Assembly: GCA_963713855.1 (NCBI GenBank) | Contig: OY970209.1 | Coordinates: 1,056,001 to 1,120,000 of the forward strand | Source: an uncultured bacterium | GTDB taxonomy: Bacteria; Babelota; Babeliae; Babelales; Babelaceae | Direction: 5' to 3' | Length of the DNA: 64,000 nucleotides | Part shown: piece after piece, positions 41,570 to 51,930 of the stretch | Numbering within the stretch: the first letter of the stretch is position 1 | Layout of the letters: each line of letters opens with the position of its first letter | The notes under the pieces: model-generated | Databases searched by the model: none | What the model was told of the DNA's origin: nothing | The model's input: only the letters and a program-made list of their open reading frames with translations | Program-made: the position numbers and the translations under genes

Positions 41570-42229
41570 ATGTCATTAAACTATTGTGCACTCGCTTTCA
41601 TTGCGTTTTTCACCCATTCTTTGAAAGCAATGGAGCAAGCGGAATATAGCCCAGAGAAAATGGCCCAGATGCTTTTTCGTTCGATGTGTATCGCCACTTC
41701 TCTTGACGGCTATGATTTACAAAGCATTCGTGGAATCAGGGATTTGCTTGATAATACGCTGTTGATAAAAGCTGCAGCCCGTGGTAATGAAAGAGCTGTC
41801 GCTGATCTTCTAAAAGCAGAATCTTCTATTAACGCCTATAATTCAGCTGGACAGACAGCTCTCATCATAGCGGTTAAAAATAAGCACGCTAAGATTGCTG
41901 AAATATTGTGCGATAAGGGAGCCGACGTTAATGCTCAGGACTTTTTTGGACGCACGGCTTTAATTGAAGCAATAACGAATAATGACGTCCCCTTAGTTCG
42001 ACTTTTACTTATTCACGGTGCTAATAGAGAACTTCCAACCGGTGCCCGCCAAACAGCTCGTGAAATAGCTATTCGTTTAGGATTTACTGAGGTTCTTGAG
42101 ACCTTGGATACTCCCGCTTGGCATTTTCTTATAGGCGATTTTTTTAATCCAGACGAAGAAGGTTTAGAAGGCTTTGATGTGTATGTGCAAGACCCTGTGG
42201 AACTCTTTTCGAACATGCTGATGGACTAA
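41570..42229 (+). CDS. Secreted ankyrin-repeat protein
   Basis: GQTALIIAV, KGADVNAQD..GRTALIEA..LLIHGAN; signal then AME. Confidence 0.92.
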   Translation: MSLNYCALAFIAFFTHSLKAMEQAEYSPEKMAQMLFRSMCIATSLDGYDLQSIRGIRDLLDNTLLIKAAARGNERAVADLLKAESSINAYNSAGQTALIIAVKNKHAKIAEILCDKGADVNAQDFFGRTALIEAITNNDVPLVRLLLIHGANRELPTGARQTAREIAIRLGFTEVLETLDTPAWHFLIGDFFNPDEEGLEGFDVYVQDPVELFSNMLMD

Positions 42230-42326
42230 CACGATGTCTTCATTTAGCTTAATTAACGCTAAAATCGAGAAATTCTTCAAGTATTACTTTTAATATGGTG
42301 CGCTTAGGCGCTACTGACGAGCTTAA

Positions 42327-43346
42327 ATGGTGAAAAGTACTAAACTTACTTATACTGCAAGTGTTTTCTTATTTCTTATTTGCTGTACATCTCATAAAGC
42401 GCATAGCATGGAGTGGTTTATGGGCTTGTTGGGCTTAGGAGGTAAGAGAAAAAGTGAGGAATTGTCCCAGCCCTCAAAGGAAATAAGAGATCTTCAGCTT
42501 GACATGGCTTGGGGAGCACGGCCAGATGTTCTGATTGCCGAAGAAAGCATGAGGAATAGAAGCGATTTGATAAAATGGTTAATTGAGCGGGGAGCTTCAG
42601 GTAAGGCATTCAGTCGTTTTTACGGTCCGGACATCAGAGCACAATTATTAAGCGGGAATCCGGAAAATGTCGGTGATTATTTAATGACAAATGCGTCTAG
42701 TGAAGAAATCGGAAACGTTTTAATCTTAGCAGCTTCGCAAGGGTATACCGAAGTAGCTACCTTTATCCTTGATCATTTTGTGACCAGGCTTGATTGTAAA
42801 ATTCTCGCAAGAGCTTTTTTTAGAGCGGCATTGGCAGGCCATGAGCATACGGTTAATGCCCTATACCCTTTGGCAATAGAGCTTTTGGGCGATACTTTTC
42901 ATAATATTTGGCTTACATCACTTCGATGGGCAGCAGTACAGGGACGCGTAAAAGTAGTTAGGTATATTCTTACTATGGCTCTACGAGACTATATACAATT
43001 TGATATGAGTGCGATTCATGGCATAGAACAACGCGTCAATGACATCATTGAAGCGAGCAGCATAAGTCAAGGCTATGTTGATGAAGAAGAACGAGCAGAT
43101 TTGAATGATGTCCTTACATCATTAAGGCAATATAGGCTAGTTATTGAGGGTGGCAACGCCCTTCGTTCGTTAGAGATTACGTTACCCCGATACAGAGATT
43201 CGTCAAGACAAGTACCATTGCCGGAGGACATTGTTCACTATATCAGAAGTTTTGAGCGACCGCTTTTTTCGGCCTTTAGAAACATTTTCCTAACTTCTCA
43301 GCTTAACGATCTTTTTTGTGTTGGTCTTCGTTCAGGGCGTCACTGA
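42327..43346 (+). CDS. Secreted degenerate ankyrin protein with C-terminal F-box-like motif
   Basis: LILAASQGY, AALAGH, WAAVQGR; LPEDIVHYIRSF near the C-terminus. Confidence 0.7.
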   Translation: MVKSTKLTYTASVFLFLICCTSHKAHSMEWFMGLLGLGGKRKSEELSQPSKEIRDLQLDMAWGARPDVLIAEESMRNRSDLIKWLIERGASGKAFSRFYGPDIRAQLLSGNPENVGDYLMTNASSEEIGNVLILAASQGYTEVATFILDHFVTRLDCKILARAFFRAALAGHEHTVNALYPLAIELLGDTFHNIWLTSLRWAAVQGRVKVVRYILTMALRDYIQFDMSAIHGIEQRVNDIIEASSISQGYVDEEERADLNDVLTSLRQYRLVIEGGNALRSLEITLPRYRDSSRQVPLPEDIVHYIRSFERPLFSAFRNIFLTSQLNDLFCVGLRSGRH

Positions 43347-43881
43347 GTATTTTCACAGCTTCTGGTGACTCGTAAATCCTGTTGCCAAAATCTTCAAGGA
43401 ATGCCAACCGATTATTTTGTAAAAGTTCTTGAGCTGATTCCATTTCATCGTTAAGGTCCATGACAATCTGGGTAATTTCAGGCCCAAAAGCTTCGTTTAC
43501 GTAGTTTTTAAGTTTAGCTGTTGCAACTTCAATTGCTTCATTTAACGCTTTTTTAACGATTTGAACAATATCAGATGAGATATCTCGTACCGGATGAGCA
43601 CCTAATGGCGACCAATGAAGTTGTTCAAGCGTAATAAATAGTGCTTTTGTCGCCTGTTTTCCTAAGCATGCAAGATGAGGGTTTTTGCTTACTATGTGAG
43701 TAATCTCGCGGGCGTCCTTAACCGTTGCGCCAAAGTCAACTGCGCCACCTTTTTTCTTAAGAGTATCGATGAATTTTCTTGTATAGTCATTACTTTGCTT
43801 TGACGACAATGTGCAGGTTGCTGAAGCTTCTAGTGTTGCACCAAAGACAATCATGGCCTGTAATAGTAGCATTTTATTCAT
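43303..43881 (-). CDS. Hypothetical secreted helical protein
   Basis: RBS GAGGAG; signal MNKMLLLQAMIVFGATLEASA. Confidence 0.75.
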   Translation of the reverse strand: MNKMLLLQAMIVFGATLEASATCTLSSKQSNDYTRKFIDTLKKKGGAVDFGATVKDAREITHIVSKNPHLACLGKQATKALFITLEQLHWSPLGAHPVRDISSDIVQIVKKALNEAIEVATAKLKNYVNEAFGPEITQIVMDLNDEMESAQELLQNNRLAFLEDFGNRIYESPEAVKILSDALNEDQHKKDR

Positions 43882-43942
43882 GGAGACTCCTCAATAGTAG
43901 TTTTCAAAAATTGAAGGCTGAAAGCTTTCTTTTTAACGTTTC

Positions 43943-45412
43943 TTAGGCGGCTACCGGAATATCTTGTAACTTTGCTCTATTTTCTTCATTCTTTTTTTCG
44001 GTCGAAAAATATTTCTTCAATACTTTATCTTCAAAATAGGTCATGAGTTTAAGCTTAATTGGCCTAAAGCCCTTATCAGTATCTTCATCAACGAGCTTAT
44101 TGATGGCATCAGTATCTTCTTCGGTAAAATCTTCTTGTGAAAGAGCGAGTTCTGCCTGCTCATGAAGCTGTAATACTGATGGAAAGAGTTCTTTCCACAC
44201 AGCAGTTTTTTTGTATTCTTTTTCGTAGCCAGCAAAAGGAACAACATGGAGGCGACTAAGCAGAGCGTCATCTGTAACAACCGTTTTTCCTCCTAAAACG
44301 ATTCCAAGATGTCCAATATAGACATCGGCCCTTAAATAAGGGCTATAAAAAGTACTGGTTTCTGATTCAAGCAAGGTGAGAATAAAGGACAAGAGGTCAC
44401 TATTTGCTTCATTTAACAATATTCTATCTGCATCATCAATCAGTAAGATCATATTAGCCGCTTTTTGAGCCGTGTCTTTAGTAAGCGCATTAATCAAGAT
44501 ACCCGGATCATCATAATCTCCAATAAGCTTATGCATGTCCACGTTTGCTAAAGAAATAACTGCAATCGGTAAGCCAAGCGCCTCAGCTACCATTTTTGCA
44601 GCTCTCGTTTTGCCCACACCTGGTTCACCATAAAAATATGCTGCAATTTTACGCACTGCTGTAGCAGTTGAAGCAGCTGCATGCCGAATACAATACCGCT
44701 TGAGCTCGAGCGTTGTTTGCGGGCTATAACCTTGCAAGACGGCGTCAATTCGCTCACTGTCGTACACAATTTTATGATTTTCAAAGGGCAATTTAAGTAT
44801 CGTTTCAATAATTTTGATGTCATGTTCACGTGGCCCTGGATGTGGTGAACAGCGCACGGATACAAAATGTTTCTCAACGACACGTTGAAGCTCGAGTTGT
44901 ATGCGAGGCTTAGATCTAACGTACGTAATTTCTAGTCGATCGAGCTCACTTTTTGATCCTTGAGATAAATAAACCTGCTTAATGGAATCTATGAGGGATA
45001 CTAACTTGCTTATGGGCTCAGAACTGGCGTATGTCAAAAGCTGCCCAAGAGCAGCTCCGCTTCCAAGACCTACCGCCATGGGAACTTTATCAAGGAGATT
45101 ACTATATCGGTAAAGCACAAGAGCAGCTGGCAGAAAAGGTATAGCGTAGATCGCTGAATCTGTTATAGTCCACAAAGCACCAAAAATGCGCCTGTATTGA
45201 AAGTGCGTTTCTAGCATGTCTTGCTGAGTTTCTTCGTCCGCTTCTTGAAATGCCTCCGCCGCTATTAGTGCTGACTGATCGAAAAGATCGTAATTTTTTT
45301 GGCAATAAGCAGGAGAGAAATCCTGATTCATGGCCTCGATTTGATTGTTGATGAAGCACCCAAATAAGAGGACGAGAAAATATTTTTTCATGTTGATTTG
45401 TATAGGTTTCAC
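43943..45412 (-). CDS. Secreted AAA+ ATPase (Lon-like AAA module, no protease domain)
   Basis: YGEPGVGKT...AEALGLP, LLIDDADR, DALLSRL, GYEKEYK, GFRPIK. Confidence 0.8.
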   Translation of the reverse strand: MKPIQINMKKYFLVLLFGCFINNQIEAMNQDFSPAYCQKNYDLFDQSALIAAEAFQEADEETQQDMLETHFQYRRIFGALWTITDSAIYAIPFLPAALVLYRYSNLLDKVPMAVGLGSGAALGQLLTYASSEPISKLVSLIDSIKQVYLSQGSKSELDRLEITYVRSKPRIQLELQRVVEKHFVSVRCSPHPGPREHDIKIIETILKLPFENHKIVYDSERIDAVLQGYSPQTTLELKRYCIRHAAASTATAVRKIAAYFYGEPGVGKTRAAKMVAEALGLPIAVISLANVDMHKLIGDYDDPGILINALTKDTAQKAANMILLIDDADRILLNEANSDLLSFILTLLESETSTFYSPYLRADVYIGHLGIVLGGKTVVTDDALLSRLHVVPFAGYEKEYKKTAVWKELFPSVLQLHEQAELALSQEDFTEEDTDAINKLVDEDTDKGFRPIKLKLMTYFEDKVLKKYFSTEKKNEENRAKLQDIPVAA

Positions 45413-45678
45413 GAATATCTTACCTCTATTTCTCAGTTTATAAATATTATATTTCTGAATAAAAAAATGTAAAGTGCTCTTCTTGAGAAAACCAAATGAA
45501 AAAACTCACGCAGCCTGAAGTGTGACCGGCATCAAAATGCGCGCATGGTCCGGATCAACTTCTCGCTTGTCTTCATAAAGAAAACATGTTAATTTTCTAG
45601 CGCCTTTATAAGAGCATTGTTGCTTTCTTAAATTAATAAGGTTGAGAAAAAGGTCATCTATAAAAAGTCGAGTTTTAT

Positions 45679-47967
45679 ATGCAGTTCATGATATTGCTGG
45701 GCCTATTATTGTGTTTTGTGGTCACAAGAATGGAATCAAATAGTAGTTGCTCGTTACAGCCGGGTGTCAATTATCCCTTTCCTGGTTCTTCAGTACCTAC
45801 TTTAGTGGCATTTTCACCGTCAGGCAACTATCTTGCGACTGCCAATGGTGCTTCGAATGATGTTACTCTATTTACGGTAGGAGCCGGGGGAGTATTGGAT
45901 GCTGGTACCACCACTGCTTTACCATCTGGTTCTACACAAGCTATTTCAGTAGCATTCTCACCGTCGGGTAATTATCTTGCTACCGCTAATTATTCTTCAA
46001 ATGATGTAACAGTATTTACCGTAGGGGCTGGAGGCGTTCTGAGTGGGGCGGCATCGTACGCTTTACCAGTGGGTTCTATTAATCCTTTTTCTGTGGCATT
46101 TTCACCTGATGGCTTATATCTTGCAGTGGCAATCGCTAACTCGAATGATGTAGCTATATTTTCAGTAGGCGTTGGTGGAGCATTGAGCGGCGTGACACCC
46201 TACGCTTTACCCCCTGGCTCTACGGGACCTTCTTCAGTGGCATTTTCACCATCAGGCAATTATCTGACCACCGCGAATTCAGGTTCAAATGATGTGACCG
46301 TATTTACGGTAGGATTAGGCGGTGCTTTGAGCGGAGGGTTAAGCTATGCTTTGCCTCCTGGTTCTACAATACCTTCTTCAGTCGTATTTTCCCCATCAGG
46401 CAATTATCTTGCTACTGCTAATTATGGTAATGCCAGTGGTACTACAGTAACGCTATTTCAAGTGGGAGCAGGAGGAGTATTAAGCGGAGGAGTAAGCTCC
46501 GCTTTACCTTCTGGCTCTACAGGGCCTATTTCAGTAGCATTTTCACCGTCGGGTAATTATCTTGCTACTGCTAATTATGCTTCACATGATGTAACCGTGT
46601 TTACCTTAAGTGCAGGAGGAACTTTAAGCACTGGCATATCTTATATTTTGCCTTCGGGTTCTTCTAATCCTCAGTCAGTGGCATTTTCACCATCAGGCAA
46701 TTATTTTGTAACTGTTGATGGTGGCGTAGGTATTCACGTAACAGTATTTATCCTGAATTGTTCAGCAAGCCCAACGATAGTAGGTACTTCCTATCCTTTG
46801 CCCACTGGTTCTCGTGAGCCTCATTCAATAGCTATTTCAAAGAATGGTTTATTTTTGGCAACAGGCAATTACAATTCAAGCGATGTAACGCTATTTTCAG
46901 TAGGTAATGATGACACACTCAGTAGCGCCGCCTCATTCTCGTTACCACTGGGTTCATTGGCACCGGCGAGTATTGCCTTTTCATATGACACATCATACGT
47001 GGCAACAGCAAATAGCAAAACAAATGATGTAACTCTTTTTCACGTAACCGCAGGAGCGCTAGCAGGGGCAACATCATATAAATTACCGAGCAATTCAACT
47101 CATCCCGTTGCGATTGAATTTTCGCCGGATGATGCTTATCTTGTAACTGCTAACAGTCAATCGGGGGATATCACATTGTTCAAAGTAGCAGGAGGAGCAC
47201 TTAGCGATGCTCTTTCTTATACTTTGCCCGCTAATTCAACAAATCCAGTAGCGGTAGCGTTTTCACCCGATGGCTCATATTTAGCGACGGCCAATGCTCT
47301 GTCAAATGACGTCACACTCTTTAACGCCACCAATGGGGTACTAAAAAGTATATCGTCCCATACACTGCCTATTGATTCAAGCATGCCACACTCAGTCGTG
47401 TTTTTACCAACACCTACCGGGATTTTTATAGCAACGGCAAACAGTAATTCAAGTGATATAACACTATTTCCAGTACAGGGGGGTACGTTGGAAACGGGAA
47501 CGTCATATAAATTACCACTCGGTTCAACAGATCTACTATTTATTTCAGCTGCACCACAAGGAACATATCTAGCGACGGCAAATGGTATTTCTAATGTCTT
47601 TACCTTGTTTACGGTGAGCAACGGGATCCTAGGCCAAGGTTTTTCATATAATCTGCCTGGAAATTCGAGTAATGATGTAGCAGTAGCGTTCGCTCCGGTA
47701 CCGACAAGCACAGGAAATGTGTTTCTTGCAACTGCAAACAGCGACTCAAACGATGTATCGGTTGTAACGATTCTTGGTTCTGAGGGAGATGGTAGTAGCA
47801 ACGTTCCTCTCGGTCTTATCTTAGGAATATCTCTGGGAGTTCCTGCGGCTTTTGTGGTTGGAGCAACGGCCATTTCGGCGGGTGCATTTGTTTACTATCA
47901 GTATTGGTATAGGCATCGTGGCCTTCGGAGTGTGAATTATGGTACTGATTCCACGGACACATTATGA
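45679..47967 (+). CDS. Beta-propeller repeat type-I membrane protein (14 blades)
   Basis: ~48-aa repeat SYxLPxGSxxPxSVAFSPxGxYLATANxxSNDVTxF (lactonase/YVTN-like); C-terminal TM and RSVNYG tail. Confidence 0.9.
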   Translation: MQFMILLGLLLCFVVTRMESNSSCSLQPGVNYPFPGSSVPTLVAFSPSGNYLATANGASNDVTLFTVGAGGVLDAGTTTALPSGSTQAISVAFSPSGNYLATANYSSNDVTVFTVGAGGVLSGAASYALPVGSINPFSVAFSPDGLYLAVAIANSNDVAIFSVGVGGALSGVTPYALPPGSTGPSSVAFSPSGNYLTTANSGSNDVTVFTVGLGGALSGGLSYALPPGSTIPSSVVFSPSGNYLATANYGNASGTTVTLFQVGAGGVLSGGVSSALPSGSTGPISVAFSPSGNYLATANYASHDVTVFTLSAGGTLSTGISYILPSGSSNPQSVAFSPSGNYFVTVDGGVGIHVTVFILNCSASPTIVGTSYPLPTGSREPHSIAISKNGLFLATGNYNSSDVTLFSVGNDDTLSSAASFSLPLGSLAPASIAFSYDTSYVATANSKTNDVTLFHVTAGALAGATSYKLPSNSTHPVAIEFSPDDAYLVTANSQSGDITLFKVAGGALSDALSYTLPANSTNPVAVAFSPDGSYLATANALSNDVTLFNATNGVLKSISSHTLPIDSSMPHSVVFLPTPTGIFIATANSNSSDITLFPVQGGTLETGTSYKLPLGSTDLLFISAAPQGTYLATANGISNVFTLFTVSNGILGQGFSYNLPGNSSNDVAVAFAPVPTSTGNVFLATANSDSNDVSVVTILGSEGDGSSNVPLGLILGISLGVPAAFVVGATAISAGAFVYYQYWYRHRGLRSVNYGTDSTDTL

Positions 47968-48004
47968 GCTGGATTCCGGTTTTTGAAAAGTAGTAAGGAG
48001 TAAC

Positions 48005-48328
48005 ATGATGTTGCCTAGAAGTATTCCTCAGAAACATTCTTTTAAGCTTAGTTTTTTTCTTCCATAAGCTCAGTTGCCCAACCTGTTAGCGAAATTAGCT
48101 ATGCTTTGCCCGGTGCCTCTTTCTGGCCTTCCGGTGCACAATTTTCGCCCAACGGTCAGTATCTTGCAACTGCGAATAAAAATGATGTATCAGTTTTTTA
48201 ATGTGCAAGCGGGCGGAACGTTGCTTGCAGGCTCGTCCTCTTTACTACCTCCGGGTACTACGACCCCCTACGCAGCAGTATTTTCGCCTGATAGCTCTTA
48301 TCTAGCTACCGCTAACTTCAATACATAG
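48005..48328 (+). pseudogene. Decayed 5' fragment of a beta-propeller paralog
   Basis: RBS AAGGAG; across frames reads SEISYALPGASFWPSGAQFSPNGQYLATAN..VFSPDSSYLATAN, with several frameshifts, then stops. Confidence 0.85.
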
Positions 48329-48358
48329 GCTGGCTTTAAATCCGAAAAGTTTGGAACA

Positions 48359-51300
48359 TTAAAGCTCTTCTTCCGGTCCGTAATTTACGCTTCCAAGTGA
48401 AGTTCGAGGTCTATGAACGTGCTTATAAATTAAAAAAGCAACTACGCCGGCAGTAGTAAGAAGAACCGCAGTGCCCACAATACCCGCGGTTAATGTTGTT
48501 GCGAGTATGATGGCCAAATCGTTATTGCTGGATAAGCCATCACCACCGTCTCCACCTTGCGCGCCATTGGTGTTACCATCCCCGAAAAGTGAAGCCACCG
48601 TCACATCGTCCGAAAGCGCATTAGCAGTAGCAAGATGTACTCCGTCAGGCGCAAAAGTTATACCTACACATTGTGTTGAGTTAGCTGGCAAGTTAAAAGA
48701 AATCCCCTGGCTTAAGACGCCGTTACTTACCGTAAAAAGAGTGAAGCTGCTTGATGCGCTGTTAGCAGTTGCTATATAGGTACCATTTGTTGATGAAGCA
48801 GCAGCAATTGACTGCGGATTAGTAGTTCCCGATGGTAACGGATATGACTGTCCATTATTCAAAGTGCCAGCTTGAAAGTCAAATACAGAAACGTCATTAG
48901 AGTCACCATTTGCGGTAATGAGTAAGAATGTATTACTCAATGGTAAAAATGCTATAGATTGAGGTCCGGAAGATCCTGTAGGAAGAGCTGTTGATGCTCC
49001 AGAGCTTAAAGCACCTGCGCTAAATGACCATGTCGTTACGTCATTCGAACCATGATTTGCGCTTGCAAGAAAAGCACCGTTAGGTGTAAAAGCAAGAGCC
49101 GCAGGTTCCGTTGAACCTGCCGGTAATGCGTAAGCAGTGGGATTTGTGAGCGATGCACCTGTTATATCAAATACGACAACATTATTTGAATCACGGTTAC
49201 AAACTACAACATAAAGGTCATCGGGTGAAAAAGCGATGCCTGATGGATTTGTTGATCCAGGAGGTAAAGAGTACGATATGGGCTTAATTAATTGGCCACT
49301 ATTAACGTGGAAAAGTGTCACATCATTTGAGTTATGGTTGCCAGTGGCAACTAAAGAATTATTTGCAGAAAAAGCTATCGATGTGGGATTTGAAGGTGTT
49401 TGTAAATTGTAAGGCAATGGAAAAGCCTTTTTTGCGGTGAGTGTAAACGTGTTGTTGCTTGAATTTACGTCAAAAAGTGCAACGTCGCTTGACCCAAAAT
49501 TCGCAGTTACCAAGTATGAGCGATCGGATGAAAAAGATACGGCGCTAGGCCTTTGGGAACTTATTGAAAGTTGTGGCAAAATGTACGACGTTCCCGTATT
49601 AAGGGTTCCGCCCGTTGAGGTAAAAAGAGTGATATCAGAAGAACCCGTATTAGCGACAGCTGTAAACATGCTGTTGGGTGAAATAGCTATTGAATTATCA
49701 AAATAATCGCCCGTTGGTAGTGGATACGTTGCCAGCAAACTAAGTACGCCTCCTGCTCCAACGCTAAATGTCGTAACCTTGCCTATTCCAGTATCAATGG
49801 CTATATATGAGCCATCGGCGGAAAACGCAAGGGAGAAAACGCCGCCGCTTGGTAAACTATATGACGTCGCGCCACTTAAAACTCCTCCAGATCCCACATT
49901 AAACATAGTTACTTGTCCCGAAACAACAGCGAGATGTAAGCCATCGGGCGAAAACGAAAGCGAAGTGGCGCCTGCAAAATAAGAGGGCACTGAGTAACTA
50001 GTGCCTGTACTCAAAGAGCCTCCTACTCCAACACTAAATATTGTCACATTAGATGAGCCGTTAGCGGTAGCTACATATGAGCCATCGGGTGAAAAGGCTA
50101 TTGCCAAAGGATCCCAAGTACTCGCTGGCAACGAATACGACGTTCCCGCGTTCAATGTCCCACCGTTAACCGTAAAAATCGTTACACTACCTGCCAATTG
50201 AGAATCACTGTTTGCTGTAGCAAGGTAATTGCCTGATGGCGAAAAAGCTAGTCCCGAGGGTGCATAAGAACCGACTGGCAGAGGGTATGAGATTCCAGTG
50301 CCGAGTACTTCGCCTGCTTGCACATTAAATACTGTTACGCTGTTTGCATACTTATTAGTGGTTGTAATGTAGGAACCGTTAGGTGAAAATGCAATTGAAG
50401 TAGGCTGTGTGGTATTTGAAATTACCTGGTAAGATGCAGCATTCGATAAAGCTCCGCCTGAGCCAACACTAAATATCGATACGTTGTTTGAGTACCTATT
50501 AGCAGTGGCTAAGTACGCACCATCTGCAGAAAATGCTACCGATTCAGGAGCAATCGAATTTGTAGGCAACGCATAGGTCGTCCCAGCATTTAATGTGCCT
50601 CCCGACTGCACGGTAAATACTGTGACACTATTTGAGAAGGTGTTAGCTGTAACGAGATTGGTGCTATTTGGTGAAAAGGTAATTGAATTAGGCCTTGGAT
50701 TAGAACTTGGTATTGAGTAGGAAGTGCCTGTGCCAAGAGTTTGTCCGGTTACGCTAAACAGGGTCACATCATTAGAACCCGAATTTGCGGTTGCAAGGTA
50801 CTGGCCATTTGGTGAAAATGCAACTGAAGAAGCGTTATTAGATCCTGTCGGCAGCGAGTATGTGGTGGGATTACTCAGAGTACCCCCAGTTCCCACCGTT
50901 AATAGCACAACATTTGAGACGCCGGCGCTGGCCAGAAGTGAGCTATCTGGTGAGAAAGTCGCTGCATAGGTGCCAGTTGCTCCCGAATATGTCGTTGGGC
51001 TACTTAAGGTGCCGTTTGATCCTATGGTAAATAAAACAATTTGTGAGAAATGCGCAACAACGAGATATAAACCGTTGGGGGAAAATGTTAACGAACTTGA
51101 ATAACCGATGTATCCATCGAGAAAAGCAGTGGGGCCGAGTGAGTAGGAGTTTCCCACATTAAGGATGCCTCCCACGCCAACTGTAAATATCGTTACGTCT
51201 CCTGATTCGAAGTTTACCGTTGCAAGAAATGAACCATCTGGTGAAAAGGCGATCGATTGGGGAGAAAGCGAGCCGCTAGGTAAAGGATACGTAGCAGCGC

Positions 51301-51664
51301 CGCTCAGCACTCCACCAGCTCCAACTTGAAATATGGTTACGTCGTTGGTAAATGAATTAGCAGTAGCAAGGTATAATCCGTTAGGCGAAATCACTGAGCA
51401 ACTGGGAGGCGTTAATCCTACCGGTAATCGATAAGAACTCATTGCACTAAGCGCTCCAGTTCCCGATACGCTAAATATTGACACATCGTCAGAACCATTA
51501 GCGCTAGCAAGGTATGATCCATTAGGCGAAAATACTGCAGCATTAGGCCATTTAGAAACGCCTGGCAAAGGGTAGCTGATCTCGCTGAGTGCTTTACTCA
51601 GACAGTTCCAAGAAATAAGACTTAAGCTAAAAAGTAAGTATCGTACGCTTGATTGAGCCGTCAT
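48359..51664 (-). CDS. Beta-propeller repeat type-I membrane protein (21 blades)
   Basis: Signal peptide, repeats, TM, GSVNYGPEEEL tail. Confidence 0.92.
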   Translation of the reverse strand: MTAQSSVRYLLFSLSLISWNCLSKALSEISYPLPGVSKWPNAAVFSPNGSYLASANGSDDVSIFSVSGTGALSAMSSYRLPVGLTPPSCSVISPNGLYLATANSFTNDVTIFQVGAGGVLSGAATYPLPSGSLSPQSIAFSPDGSFLATVNFESGDVTIFTVGVGGILNVGNSYSLGPTAFLDGYIGYSSSLTFSPNGLYLVVAHFSQIVLFTIGSNGTLSSPTTYSGATGTYAATFSPDSSLLASAGVSNVVLLTVGTGGTLSNPTTYSLPTGSNNASSVAFSPNGQYLATANSGSNDVTLFSVTGQTLGTGTSYSIPSSNPRPNSITFSPNSTNLVTANTFSNSVTVFTVQSGGTLNAGTTYALPTNSIAPESVAFSADGAYLATANRYSNNVSIFSVGSGGALSNAASYQVISNTTQPTSIAFSPNGSYITTTNKYANSVTVFNVQAGEVLGTGISYPLPVGSYAPSGLAFSPSGNYLATANSDSQLAGSVTIFTVNGGTLNAGTSYSLPASTWDPLAIAFSPDGSYVATANGSSNVTIFSVGVGGSLSTGTSYSVPSYFAGATSLSFSPDGLHLAVVSGQVTMFNVGSGGVLSGATSYSLPSGGVFSLAFSADGSYIAIDTGIGKVTTFSVGAGGVLSLLATYPLPTGDYFDNSIAISPNSMFTAVANTGSSDITLFTSTGGTLNTGTSYILPQLSISSQRPSAVSFSSDRSYLVTANFGSSDVALFDVNSSNNTFTLTAKKAFPLPYNLQTPSNPTSIAFSANNSLVATGNHNSNDVTLFHVNSGQLIKPISYSLPPGSTNPSGIAFSPDDLYVVVCNRDSNNVVVFDITGASLTNPTAYALPAGSTEPAALAFTPNGAFLASANHGSNDVTTWSFSAGALSSGASTALPTGSSGPQSIAFLPLSNTFLLITANGDSNDVSVFDFQAGTLNNGQSYPLPSGTTNPQSIAAASSTNGTYIATANSASSSFTLFTVSNGVLSQGISFNLPANSTQCVGITFAPDGVHLATANALSDDVTVASLFGDGNTNGAQGGDGGDGLSSNNDLAIILATTLTAGIVGTAVLLTTAGVVAFLIYKHVHRPRTSLGSVNYGPEEEL

Positions 51665-51930
51665 GAAGCTCTCCCTTTTAAGACCATGTTTTCATGTACC
51701 AATATCGATTGGAAGAACAAACTAATGCAAAGTGTCTTTTGCAACCACCACCAATTTTACGTTCGGGTAAATATAGCACTCATGGTTCTTTTGTCAATCG
51801 GACTATAGATGAACTTATGGCTTGCATTCTCATCTGATAAAGATAGTCCTTTAATAGCTTCGACAATGCCAAGTGGCTTTTCCTGAGCGGTGCGTCTTCA
51901 TAAAATGCTTCTACTTGCCGTAGCTCTTTT

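Noticed and set aside
47217..47873. Antisense ORFs over propeller and other genes (also 10707..11231, 57046..57426 and similar)
   Set aside because: Shadow frames of real genes; no RBS or recognisable motifs.
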